DNA of 52,566 nucleotides from a virus, in the IMG/VR virus record IMGVR_UViG_3300048588_000115, positions 1 through 52,566 of that record. The stretch is one strand, 5' to 3'. Below are positions 8,513-16,878 of the stretch, piece after piece. Position 1 is the first letter of the stretch; each line of letters begins with the position of its first letter. A model generated the notes under the pieces. That model made no database searches and was not told the DNA's origin. It saw only the letters and a program-made list of their open reading frames with translations. The position numbers were made by a program, and so were the translations under genes.

Positions 8513-8778
8513 TGTCATTAATTTCTTGCTCATTTTACGATACGATTTTTCTTACATATCCTAAAATGACGCCTAGTTGGGCACATAATTTTGTAAAGAA
8601 TAATGTTGATACATATTGTTTAATTTTTGGACCAGCACAACATGATTGTTTACACAATGTCATCGAACTAATTAACAGTAGTAATGGTAAAGTGCTATAC
8701 CAATCACCACGCGCTATTAATTATAATTATGACTATGATATTGACCGTAACACGTTACTAATATTTGAATTTGACTAA
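8512..8778 (+). CDS. hypothetical protein
   Basis: The ORF track gives 8482. ATG 8512 overlaps the upstream stop (TAATG) and is preferred. Confidence 0.5.
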   Translation: MSLISCSFYDTIFLTYPKMTPSWAHNFVKNNVDTYCLIFGPAQHDCLHNVIELINSSNGKVLYQSPRAINYNYDYDIDRNTLLIFEFD

Positions 8779-9499
8779 AGCATATCATTATGAGCCATGC
8801 CCACGATGTCGTGAATTAGGTAATGATAATCGAGGAGATAATCTTGTTGTTTACTCCAATGGGCATAGCCATTGCTTTGCTTGTGGCTATCATAATTATC
8901 CAAAATATCATAAACCAACTACGCAAGAAGTATCTAATGTCCCAAAAAGTGTGCGCCCTTCTGACTTCACCAGAGAAGTCCCAGTTGAAGGATGGCAATG
9001 GCTCCTCCAATATGGACTCCCATACAGCCACTGGAAAGACTGTACCGGCTATTCTGAAGAAGCCGGACGAAGGCTTGTTTTCGAGGTTTCTGACAACGGC
9101 CGAGTGGCCTTTTCCATCGGACGACTGCTCGACGAAGCAACCAAACACTCAAGAAAATGGTATGTGTGGGGGGACTCACACAAGCACTGTCATGTTGTTG
9201 GACAAGGACGTGGTACAAGCACACTTCTGGTTGAAGACCTTATCTCTGCCCACAAAGTCGGAGAAGTAACCGAGGCGATACCTTTGTTTGGTACCACAAT
9301 TCACCCCTGTCATTTGTACTATTTAATGACAAATAACAGGCCCGTTGTGTTGTGGCTTGACAAAGACCAGGAGTTACATGTAAAGAAAAAAGCTCTACAG
9401 TTAGAGAGCTTGATTGATAAATCTGTTAAGATTATTACGACTGATAAAGATCCAAAAGCATTATCTTTTACACAAATAAAGGAATTAACAAATGAATAA
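8765..9499 (+). CDS. DNA primase (zinc ribbon + TOPRIM)
   Basis: CPRCRELG...HSHCFACGYH zinc ribbon, then TOPRIM-like LLVEDLISAHKV and VLWLDKDQ. Only TTG (8765 or 8771) is available as a start. Confidence 0.7.
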   Translation: MNLTKAYHYEPCPRCRELGNDNRGDNLVVYSNGHSHCFACGYHNYPKYHKPTTQEVSNVPKSVRPSDFTREVPVEGWQWLLQYGLPYSHWKDCTGYSEEAGRRLVFEVSDNGRVAFSIGRLLDEATKHSRKWYVWGDSHKHCHVVGQGRGTSTLLVEDLISAHKVGEVTEAIPLFGTTIHPCHLYYLMTNNRPVVLWLDKDQELHVKKKALQLESLIDKSVKIITTDKDPKALSFTQIKELTNE

Positions 9500-9740
9500 A
9501 TATACAAAATATCTTGGTGCACTACTTGTGCTTGTAGCAACAAATGCTGGTAATTTTTACTTCACAAAAAGCCATTATTATATGGCTGGAATGCAGGACT
9601 ACCATGGTGCTTGCTACTTTGTTCCTGGTGCAAGGCTTGACAACGACACAGGAACTGTGGTATACTGTTACCCGCTCGGTCAAGCAGACCCACGACAGCT
9701 TGAGCAAGAGCGTAAAAACACAGAGAAAAATACTACTTGA
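9492..9740 (+). CDS. small membrane protein, hypothetical
   Basis: The N-terminus YLGALLVLVATNAGNFYF is hydrophobic. ATGA overlap with the primase gene. Confidence 0.55.
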   Translation: MNKYTKYLGALLVLVATNAGNFYFTKSHYYMAGMQDYHGACYFVPGARLDNDTGTVVYCYPLGQADPRQLEQERKNTEKNTT

Positions 9741-9765
9741 CAAAGTAGGAAAAGTGTGTTATACT
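9737..9765 (+). promoter_or_regulatory. sigma70-type promoter: TTGACA-17 nt-TATACT with a TG extended -10
   Basis: TTGACA at 9737-9742 and TGtTATACT ending at 9765. AGGAG follows at 9782-9786. It lies at the start of a very AT-rich tract. Confidence 0.6.
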
Positions 9766-9794
9766 AAAAATATATAAACATAGGAGTATTATAT

Positions 9795-11054
9795 ATAATA
9801 CCTATTAAACAATTAATTATATTATTACTAAGTAAAGATAACTATAATAAATATAAAGACTTAGTAGATAATAAACATATAAAAGAAGTTTATAGAGAAT
9901 TAAGTTATATATATTCTTCTTTATGTGAATTACATGAGAAATATCCAAACAATGATATTTCCTTTGATGAGCTAGAAGCTTTCTTTTGGGTAAAGTACCC
10001 TACCGCTGACAAGGCTCTATACGCCAGCCTGCTTAAAAGCCTCTCAGAGCTGAAAATTTCGGATGAGGTAGGGCAGGGTATCATGTTGGAAATTAAAACG
10101 CGGGGTGATGCCTTAAAACTCTCGGAAGAGGCATACAAGGTAGCGCAGGGCCTTGCCGATCTAGAACATCTTCAGAATTTCTACTCTGAAGCCTTTGAGA
10201 AGGTCGATCACACAGCACTTGCTGATGAGATTACCGATGTTAATACTGTATTTATGGAGTTAATGTCTAATGCAGACACCAAACAAGGGATTAGATGGAG
10301 ACTTGACTGCCTTAACAAATCTTTGGGAAGTCTCAGGAGAGGTGATTTTGGATTCATCTTTGCACGCCCTGAGACTGGAAAAACTACTTTCCTTGCAAGC
10401 GAGGTATCTCACTTCCTTACAGACACAGGTGCGGCGCAGCGCGCGATTATCTGGCTCAATAATGAGGAGCAAGGATACAAAGTAATGTGTCGTGTGCTTC
10501 AGGCATACTTTGGCATTACTAATGATGTCCTTCTAAGTAATCTTAAACACTATTATGAGCGTTTTAATCACGAAACGTTCAACCGATTCAAACTATTTGA
10601 TGCAGCAACTATCAACAAAAGTGAAATCCTACGTCTTATCGAAAAATATGACCCCGGACTCGTGGTATATGATCAGATCACAAAGATTAAAGGCTTTAAG
10701 GCAGACCGCCAAGACCTTATGCTCGGAGAAATCTGTCAATGGTCTAGAGAACTTGCTAAAGGAGGTCACGCAGCCATCGGAGTATCACAAGCTGACGGAA
10801 CCGCAGAAGGTGTACGTTACCTCACTATGGAGCACGTTGCCAACGCTAAGACTGCTATGCAAGCTGAGGCAGACTTCATTCTAGGTATTGGTAAGATCAA
10901 CGATCCAGTGCAAGAATATATTCGCTTTCTTAACATCAGTAAGAACAAGCTATTTGGTGACACTGACTCTATTCCTGATCTTCGCCATGGTCGTTTTGAA
11001 GTGATGCTTGAGCCTCAAATAGCAAGATATAAGGACATTATTAAATTTGACTAA
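9795..11054 (+). CDS. DnaB/gp4-like replicative helicase (minimal ATG-initiated version is 10083..11054)
   Basis: Walker A GFIFARPETGKTTF and Walker B LVVYDQ. The frame is stop-free from 9768 with protein-like sequence, but has no ATG/GTG/TTG before 10083. ATA at 9795 lies 8 nt after AGGAG. The extended product is 419 aa. Confidence 0.6.
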   Translation: MIPIKQLIILLLSKDNYNKYKDLVDNKHIKEVYRELSYIYSSLCELHEKYPNNDISFDELEAFFWVKYPTADKALYASLLKSLSELKISDEVGQGIMLEIKTRGDALKLSEEAYKVAQGLADLEHLQNFYSEAFEKVDHTALADEITDVNTVFMELMSNADTKQGIRWRLDCLNKSLGSLRRGDFGFIFARPETGKTTFLASEVSHFLTDTGAAQRAIIWLNNEEQGYKVMCRVLQAYFGITNDVLLSNLKHYYERFNHETFNRFKLFDAATINKSEILRLIEKYDPGLVVYDQITKIKGFKADRQDLMLGEICQWSRELAKGGHAAIGVSQADGTAEGVRYLTMEHVANAKTAMQAEADFILGIGKINDPVQEYIRFLNISKNKLFGDTDSIPDLRHGRFEVMLEPQIARYKDIIKFD

Positions 11055-12190
11055 TGGAAAACATTTTAACATTTGACGTTGAAACCACTACATTTAACAA
11101 AGGACATCCTTTTGACAAAAGAAACAGTTTGGTCAGCTATGCTGAGCTATCTGGCAAACCCGATCCTAGTTTTAAATACTATCTCGATCCTGATTTTAAT
11201 AATTATCTCGCTGCTTGTGTGGATGATGCTGACATATGTGTGGGCTTTAACATTAAATTTGATTTTCATTGGCTATTTAATCTATTTCCTACGACAGATT
11301 TATCTAGAGTTAAAGTATGGGATTGCCAATTAGCAGAATTTATTTACTCTGGACAAGAAGCGCGTTATGCGTCACTTAATGAAACGTGTGAGAAGTATGG
11401 CCTACCAACTAAAATTGATTTGGTGGCGGATTACTGGTCACGCGGAATCGATACCAAAGACATTCCAGTGTCCATTCTTGAAGAGTACAATAAGTGGGAC
11501 GTGCAACTTACCAAAATGCTCTATGATGTACAACAACAACTGCTTAGTGAAAAGCAGAAAAGATTGGTGTGGTTACTAGGTGAAGACCTCAAGGCGCTAC
11601 AAGCTGCCGAGTATGCTGGTATTAAGTTTGATACTGACAAAGCACTTGCAACAATTGCGCAATATAAGGCTGACTTGGAAAGTATTGATCGTGATCTTTC
11701 TCAGTTTCTGCCTGATGGGATTCCTGAAGGCTGCTTTAATTACAATTCTGGGGATCATTTAAGTGTATTGCTCTACGGCGGGACGTTATCGTTTGATTGG
11801 GCCATTGAAGAACCAGCCGTATACAAGTCGGGGGAAAAGAAAGGTCAAGAATATATACGTCGACGGTGGCAAACTACACCCATTCAGTTTCAACAACACT
11901 TTAAACCGTTACCGGGAACAGAGGTTGCTAAAACTGCTAAACTCCCAGACGCGAAGCAACGCTTCTATCAAACTGACCAACCAACGTTCGCACAACTTAA
12001 GACGAAGAAACGTGAAAGTAAGTTACTATTGGAGTTGCTTACGATCCGTGCCAACAAGATTAAAGTGGTGGGAATGATTGAAAGTGTATTAAATTTGTTT
12101 GAAAATAAGCATTGGGCCGATGACTATATTCATGGGCAATTTAATCAAAATGTGGTAGTTACTGGTAGATTGAGTAGTTCTGCGCCTTAA
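11054..12190 (+). CDS. family-A DNA polymerase, exon 1 / N-terminal part (3'-5' exonuclease and start of the pol domain)
   Basis: Exo I motif FDVETT. It ends ...VVVTGRLSSSAP and then TAA, which is inside the conserved T-G-R-L-S-S-x-x-P-N-L-Q-N-I-P motif. Confidence 0.85.
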   Translation: MENILTFDVETTTFNKGHPFDKRNSLVSYAELSGKPDPSFKYYLDPDFNNYLAACVDDADICVGFNIKFDFHWLFNLFPTTDLSRVKVWDCQLAEFIYSGQEARYASLNETCEKYGLPTKIDLVADYWSRGIDTKDIPVSILEEYNKWDVQLTKMLYDVQQQLLSEKQKRLVWLLGEDLKALQAAEYAGIKFDTDKALATIAQYKADLESIDRDLSQFLPDGIPEGCFNYNSGDHLSVLLYGGTLSFDWAIEEPAVYKSGEKKGQEYIRRRWQTTPIQFQQHFKPLPGTEVAKTAKLPDAKQRFYQTDQPTFAQLKTKKRESKLLLELLTIRANKIKVVGMIESVLNLFENKHWADDYIHGQFNQNVVVTGRLSSSAP

Positions 12191-12886
12191 CAGATAGGGC
12201 GCTTTAAACCGTGTGAATTCATGGAAAGCCCAGAACGGGTAACCATGAGCCAAATTAACCAATCTACCTTCGGAGGTACATGTGGACATTAAGTATTTAA
12301 TTGAGAATACAGAATTAACACAAGCACAAATCGGTGCTGTGTTCGGATTATCACAAAAACAAGTGTCTAAATATATAAAAAGACACTATTCAAGCGAGTT
12401 TCGTAAGCACAGAAAAGTTAAATGCTATCGAAATTCAAAACTCGGAGATAAAAATCCGATGTTTAACATGCTTAAAGAAGATCATCACAATTATATCGGC
12501 GTTGTGTCAGACAACAAAGGTTATTGGATGATGTTGAAGCCAGAATGGTATACTGGTAGAAAGCGCAGCAAGCATGTGTTTGAGCATCATATTGTTGTTT
12601 GTGAGAATCTTGGTATTACAGAAATTCCGAAAGGGTTCTCTGTTCACCATTGTGACCATAATCCACGTAATAATTCCTTTAATAACTTAGTGTTGCTCCG
12701 TATGGGTGATCATACTCGTCTACACGGCGCATTAAAAGGTGCAACGACTATCTCGAAAGAGAGTACACTCAAGTGGGTGGAAGCGCACGGCACGCCTTGG
12801 TCGCGTGATGATATAGTCTCATCTGCATGGGGACATGCAGCAGCATATAGCGGGCAGGAAGTAACGACTCCTGCTGAAGATAAATG
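12188..12886 (+). mobile_element. putative group I intron carrying an HNH homing endonuclease ORF
   Basis: The 5' exon ends in U (12187). GCGCCU 12182-12187 pairs with GGGCGC 12197-12202, a P1 helix with a U-G wobble at the splice site. The last intron nt, 12886, is G. Joining 12187 to 12887 restores ...RLSSSAP-NLQNTP. Confidence 0.6.
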
Positions 12887-12887
12887 A
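12282..12887 (+). CDS. HNH homing endonuclease
   Basis: GTG start 5 nt after GGAGG. HHCDHNPRNNSFNNLVLLRMGDHTRLH is an HNH motif. The N-terminal HTH-like segment is LTQAQIGAVFGLSQKQVSKYIK. Confidence 0.8.
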   Translation: MDIKYLIENTELTQAQIGAVFGLSQKQVSKYIKRHYSSEFRKHRKVKCYRNSKLGDKNPMFNMLKEDHHNYIGVVSDNKGYWMMLKPEWYTGRKRSKHVFEHHIVVCENLGITEIPKGFSVHHCDHNPRNNSFNNLVLLRMGDHTRLHGALKGATTISKESTLKWVEAHGTPWSRDDIVSSAWGHAAAYSGQEVTTPAEDK

Positions 12888-12946
12888 ATTTACAGAACAC
12901 TCCACCCGAACTCGACGAATTACTTATTAGTAGATACCATGATTAA
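12887..12946 (+). CDS. family-A DNA polymerase, short middle segment (exon 2)
   Basis: NLQNTPPELDELLISRYHD followed by a stop. It begins exactly with the missing half of the PNLQN(I/T)P motif. Confidence 0.6.
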   Translation, partial: NLQNTPPELDELLISRYHD

Positions 12947-13103
12947 AACAATCGAAATTGCGCCGGATATCTTAGCAAAAGCTCTGGCACACCATTTATT
13001 TGATGAGTTTGGTACAATTCGTGACCGTGAAGGTCAAGATGTATTATTCGTCACTGACGTAGTGGATTTATATAATGTAATTAAGGAGTACTTGAATCGC
13101 TAA
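12939..13103 (+). CDS. hypothetical 54-aa ORF inside the second polymerase interruption
   Basis: Hand-translated: MIKTIEIAPDILAKALAHHLFDEFGTIRDREGQDVLFVTDVVDLYNVIKEYLNR. It lies in the +1 frame relative to the pol segments. Confidence 0.4.
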   Translation: MIKTIEIAPDILAKALAHHLFDEFGTIRDREGQDVLFVTDVVDLYNVIKEYLNR

Positions 13104-13813
13104 TCAATGCCGATGTAAAAAGCCTTGAGGTATTTGTAGCAGCAGATCGATATGATGATAAAACCTTACAGTCTGAGCTTCTTAACCGCTTGGACCTTCA
13201 TGCGCTCAACCAAGAAAAGTTTGCATTACCAGACCGAGTTACCGCCAAGCGTTTCATCTTCAAGCTCTTATATGGAGCGACTGCCTATGGCTATTCGGTG
13301 GATTCAGACTTTATCAACGTTGGCTTTAGTGAAAAGCAATGGCAACGAGTTATTGATGTGTTCTACACAAAATATGATGGGATCGCCAAAGGACATATCG
13401 CTGACATAAACTACGCTAAAGAAAACGGATATCTGGAAATTCCGTCCGGTAGATACTACAACTTTGAGCCAAAGAAAACATCTTATGGATATAAGTGGCC
13501 GTTAACACTGATTAAAAACTACCCTATTCAGGGGTTTGGCGCTGATCTTGTGATGCTTGCTCGTATTGAGTTTTTCCGTCGGCTTAAGGCGTCAGGTTTA
13601 CCAGCAGATTTTATTTGTACGGTGCATGACTCATTAGTAGTTGACACACCCGACGAACTGTGTTATAATATTAGTACGATGTTAAAAGATTCAATCGAAC
13701 TGGTTCCAACACTCTGCCGTCAGGAATTCGACTATGAGTTCAAGTTACCAATTTGGTGTGAGATAAGTGTAGGTCCAAACAAACGCGATCTACAAGAGAT
13801 TAAACTTAATTAA
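13085..13813 (+). CDS. family-A DNA polymerase, C-terminal part (palm and fingers)
   Basis: The frame opens at 13085. NADVKSLEVFVAAD resembles motif A, RVTAKRFIFKLLYGATAYG resembles motif B, and ICTVHDSLVVD resembles motif C. There is no ATG or GTG; the first TTG is at 13190, after motif A. Confidence 0.8.
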   Translation, partial: GVLESLINADVKSLEVFVAADRYDDKTLQSELLNRLDLHALNQEKFALPDRVTAKRFIFKLLYGATAYGYSVDSDFINVGFSEKQWQRVIDVFYTKYDGIAKGHIADINYAKENGYLEIPSGRYYNFEPKKTSYGYKWPLTLIKNYPIQGFGADLVMLARIEFFRRLKASGLPADFICTVHDSLVVDTPDELCYNISTMLKDSIELVPTLCRQEFDYEFKLPIWCEISVGPNKRDLQEIKLN

Positions 13814-13822
13814 AGGAAATTA

Positions 13823-14341
13823 ATGCAAATTCAAGTTCAAGAAGTTTCTGTTGAAACGGTTCAAAAAGGTCGTAACTCCTACCAGAAGTTATCAGTCGTA
13901 CATACTGCAAACGGACGCAATAGTACTAAGTTTCTTATGTCCTTTGCAAATCCTAGTGTCTTTAATCTATTTAAAGATGCACTGCCCGGATCTACATGGG
14001 AAGTAGAAACTAAAAAGAATGGTGAATTCTGGGAATGGGTATCAGCAGCACCTGTAGGGGATGCAACACCACCGGCAAAGAATGCCACTGCACCTATACT
14101 AGTTGGTAAAGTCACCGGATCAAATTATGAGACGGCTGAAGAACGTAAGATCAAACAGATGTACATTATCAAGCAGTCAAGTATTAGTAATGCTATCGAT
14201 TTGCTTGGCACTGGTGCTAAGACACCTCCCGCAGTAGAGCTTGTGTTGGATACTGCCCAACGATTTGTTGATTTTGTGTATGGTAATGAGACTGACCTGT
14301 TCAAACAACCAAACGACATCGACGCCGACATCCCATACTAA
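13823..14341 (+). CDS. putative ssDNA-binding protein
   Basis: It sits after the polymerase. The acidic C-terminal tail ...NDIDADIPY resembles the SSB-type D-D-I-P-F tail. AAGGAAA RBS. Confidence 0.45.
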   Translation: MQIQVQEVSVETVQKGRNSYQKLSVVHTANGRNSTKFLMSFANPSVFNLFKDALPGSTWEVETKKNGEFWEWVSAAPVGDATPPAKNATAPILVGKVTGSNYETAEERKIKQMYIIKQSSISNAIDLLGTGAKTPPAVELVLDTAQRFVDFVYGNETDLFKQPNDIDADIPY

Positions 14342-14366
14342 AAAGACATGGCTAAGGTGGTCACAA

Positions 14367-14609
14367 ATTCATGGCTCATTCCATGAAAATAAATACTACT
14401 TTAGCAAACACTTGAAAAAGGTAGGCGATTACGTTGTAACAGCTCCAATCGTGCAAGCAGATTATATTCGGATTAAGGATGCTGCCAAAGCGTGGGCCTA
14501 CCGCCACAACAAAAGAATTAAGACAGAGAAATTTCAATTACCGGACAACTTGTGCCGCGTAAAGATCATGCTAATTTCACAACATCGTCAACGAGAGTTT
14601 TCATTCTAA
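14367..14609 (+). CDS. hypothetical protein (non-ATG start; ATT 14367 or TTG 14412)
   Basis: This is the only long frame in the gap, with no ATG between the upstream stop and 14569. AAGGTGG at 14354-14360 lies 6 nt before in-frame ATT 14367. Confidence 0.35.
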   Translation: MHGSFHENKYYFSKHLKKVGDYVVTAPIVQADYIRIKDAAKAWAYRHNKRIKTEKFQLPDNLCRVKIMLISQHRQREFSF

Positions 14610-14610
14610 C

Positions 14611-14970
14611 ATGTCATTTCGGATAGCCGCTAGGCAAGCAATGAAATCGGAATTCAAGCAACATCGCCTTGGTGCCGTCATTGTTAAAGGTAATCGTATC
14701 TTGGCTACTGGCTTTAATAAGTATGGTTATAATTCTGTGACTAGACAGCCAACCATGCACGCTGAAGCATCAGCGGTATTGAAGTTATTAAAGCAACGGC
14801 GGCTAGCCGATCTTATGGGAGCAGAAATTTATGTCACTAGGTTTACTCGTGGTGGGCGTGTTGGGCTTGCTCGGCCCTGTATTGATTGCATGGCTATCTT
14901 GCGTAGTTGTGGAATTTCTAGAGTTCATTACACAACTAATGAAGGACTTACTCTAAGTGAGACACTTTAA
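14611..14970 (+). CDS. CMP/dCMP-type (cytidine) deaminase zinc-binding domain protein
   Basis: HAEASAV and PCIDCMAIL (the H-A-E and P-C-x-x-C motifs). Only 119 aa. Confidence 0.7.
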   Translation: MSFRIAARQAMKSEFKQHRLGAVIVKGNRILATGFNKYGYNSVTRQPTMHAEASAVLKLLKQRRLADLMGAEIYVTRFTRGGRVGLARPCIDCMAILRSCGISRVHYTTNEGLTLSETL

Positions 14971-15324
14971 ATGAAGGTAATTATTGCAGGAAGTCGTAGT
15001 ATCCTTGATAAATGGACAATCGTAGAGGCTGTTGGAGCAACTGATTGGATCATTGATGAGGTAGTTTCTGGTGGTGCTGTTGGTGTCGATAGGTTAGGCG
15101 AGGAGTGGGCAGCAACTCACAATATTCCTGTTAGACAGTTTATTGCAGAGTGGGATCGTTACGGAAAAGCCGCAGGTATTTATCGTAATAACGATATGGC
15201 ACAATATGCCGATGCACTTATCGCCGTTTGGGATGGTAAATCGCGTGGAACTCTACATATGATTAATAGTATGGTGACATTAAAGAAACCTGTGTATGTA
15301 TATTGTCCAACATGCGAGCATTAA
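14971..15324 (+). CDS. SLOG-fold (DUF2493/YspA-like) protein
   Basis: KVIIAGSR...VVSGGAVGVDRLGEEWA...ALIAVWDGKSRGT is a Rossmann-like SLOG pattern, assigned from memory of the family. Confidence 0.5.
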   Translation: MKVIIAGSRSILDKWTIVEAVGATDWIIDEVVSGGAVGVDRLGEEWAATHNIPVRQFIAEWDRYGKAAGIYRNNDMAQYADALIAVWDGKSRGTLHMINSMVTLKKPVYVYCPTCEH

Positions 15325-15995
15325 TTGATGCTGATAATGTAGCGATGGCAGCCGCATGGACTGCTGAAGACGAGTCTGAGGAAATCGCTATCTCTCGTGC
15401 CAATACATTTATTGAAAGTATCTTATTCGATGTAGGTGCCACGGAGTTCGAGCTATGGCTTTCTGGTGGTAATAACTTTCGCTATAACGTCTATCCAGAA
15501 TACAAAGCTAATCGAATTAGCCAAGCACGCCCTAAGTGGGAAAAACAAGTAAAACGTTTCTTTGAAACAGAATGGCATGCACATTATACTGAGGCAATTG
15601 AAGCAGATGATATGCTTGGTATTCGTCAACGAGAAGACACTATTATTTGTCACTTAGATAAAGACCTAAATCAAATAGCTGGGCATCATTTTAACTGGGA
15701 GCTACGACGACTTGGTGTAGTAATTCGTGAAAAATCTATTTACACACTTACTCAAGAAGAAGCAGATTATTGGTTTTTTTATCAGCTTCTGGTTGGTGAT
15801 ACAACAGATAACATTAAAGGCATCCCAGGAATCGGACCTAAAAAAGCGGCCGGCATTCTATACGGATGTGAAACAAATCAAGAGCGCTACGAAGCAGTCG
15901 CTGACCGCTATGGTAGCGAAGAAGAATTAGATATGAATGCACAGTGTGTATTTATATGGCGTAAAGAAAACGACAATTGGAGAAATATACTATGA
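15303..15995 (+). CDS. 5'-3' exonuclease / flap endonuclease
   Basis: PIN-like LIDADNVAMAA, EADDMLG, and the H3TH motif GIPGIGPKKAAGIL. Confidence 0.75.
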   Translation: MSNMRALIDADNVAMAAAWTAEDESEEIAISRANTFIESILFDVGATEFELWLSGGNNFRYNVYPEYKANRISQARPKWEKQVKRFFETEWHAHYTEAIEADDMLGIRQREDTIICHLDKDLNQIAGHHFNWELRRLGVVIREKSIYTLTQEEADYWFFYQLLVGDTTDNIKGIPGIGPKKAAGILYGCETNQERYEAVADRYGSEEELDMNAQCVFIWRKENDNWRNIL

Positions 15996-16180
15996 CTAAA
16001 TATCGTATTGTATCTTTTGTTAATCACAACAATGAAACAAAGTATCAACTACAAGCAAATAGCGATCCACTAGAATCTGATGCGACATGGACAAGCATCT
16101 TTACTTCAATGGATTTAGATGAAGTGCGCGACGCCAAGAAGCGTCGTGAAACTCCATTTAAGTTCACCGTTATTGAATGA
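15992..16180 (+). CDS. hypothetical protein
   Basis: ATG 15992 overlaps the upstream stop (ATGA) and is preceded by GGAG. The ORF track starts at 15977. Confidence 0.5.
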   Translation: MTKYRIVSFVNHNNETKYQLQANSDPLESDATWTSIFTSMDLDEVRDAKKRRETPFKFTVIE

Positions 16181-16515
16181 CCCCACAGTCGGCTAAGAGC
16201 AAAGGCCGTAACTTCCAGAAGCTGGTCCGGGATCGGCTTCTGAAGGCGTTTCCATCCTTAGAACAGGATGATGTACGCAGTACCTCGATGGGCGCTGGCG
16301 GAGAAGACCTACAATTAAGTCCGGCAGCTCGCAAACTGATTCCATATCAGATCGAGTGCAAATCCAAAGCAAAATCGCAGATTCATACCTATTATGATCA
16401 AGCAGCAGAACATGGCAAATATGAACCACTCGTTATTGTAAAGCGAGATAGGCACATCCCTTTGGCAGTAGTGAGACTTGATCACTTTATTGAACTGCTT
16501 CAAAGGAAAGAGTAA
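16177..16515 (+). CDS. PD-(D/E)xK nuclease, resolvase/endonuclease-like
   Basis: GRNFQKLV, GGEDLQL and IECKSK fit a D...E-x-K core. ATGA overlap upstream. Confidence 0.5.
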   Translation: MTPQSAKSKGRNFQKLVRDRLLKAFPSLEQDDVRSTSMGAGGEDLQLSPAARKLIPYQIECKSKAKSQIHTYYDQAAEHGKYEPLVIVKRDRHIPLAVVRLDHFIELLQRKE

Positions 16516-16694
16516 TGCAAATTATTGATGTACCTATCTACAACGAAGATGGTTCAGTGCAATTTACACAAAAGGTTTCACCAGCAGAAGCACAGCAGCT
16601 ACTGATGTTTGCCCTTAATTTTCTCGTGGCTACTGGTGTAGCTGTTTCTGGTGCCTCACCTGATAATGAGACGCCACCTGAGTTAAATGACTAA
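16515..16694 (+). CDS. hypothetical small protein (59 aa, below the ORF-track cutoff)
   Basis: Hand-translated: MQIIDVPIYNEDGSVQFTQKVSPAEAQQLLMFALNFLVATGVAVSGASPDNETPPELND. TAATG coupling upstream. Confidence 0.5.
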   Translation: MQIIDVPIYNEDGSVQFTQKVSPAEAQQLLMFALNFLVATGVAVSGASPDNETPPELND

Positions 16695-16878
16695 GTGGAT
16701 TTGGTATAACAGCCATGGATTTGGCCGCATCTATATAAAAAAAGAGGGTGGTAAACTTGATCCAGAAGCTTATTTAGTATTAAATGGCAAATATCCAAAT
16801 CCGCGATACTATACACCTGACGAAATTAAAGAACTTATAGATGATGGCTGGAGTTATGAAGCACTTTGTAATTCCTGA
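16687..16878 (+). CDS. hypothetical protein
   Basis: 63-codon ORF with an 8-nt overlap upstream. Confidence 0.5.
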   Translation: MTKWIWYNSHGFGRIYIKKEGGKLDPEAYLVLNGKYPNPRYYTPDEIKELIDDGWSYEALCNS

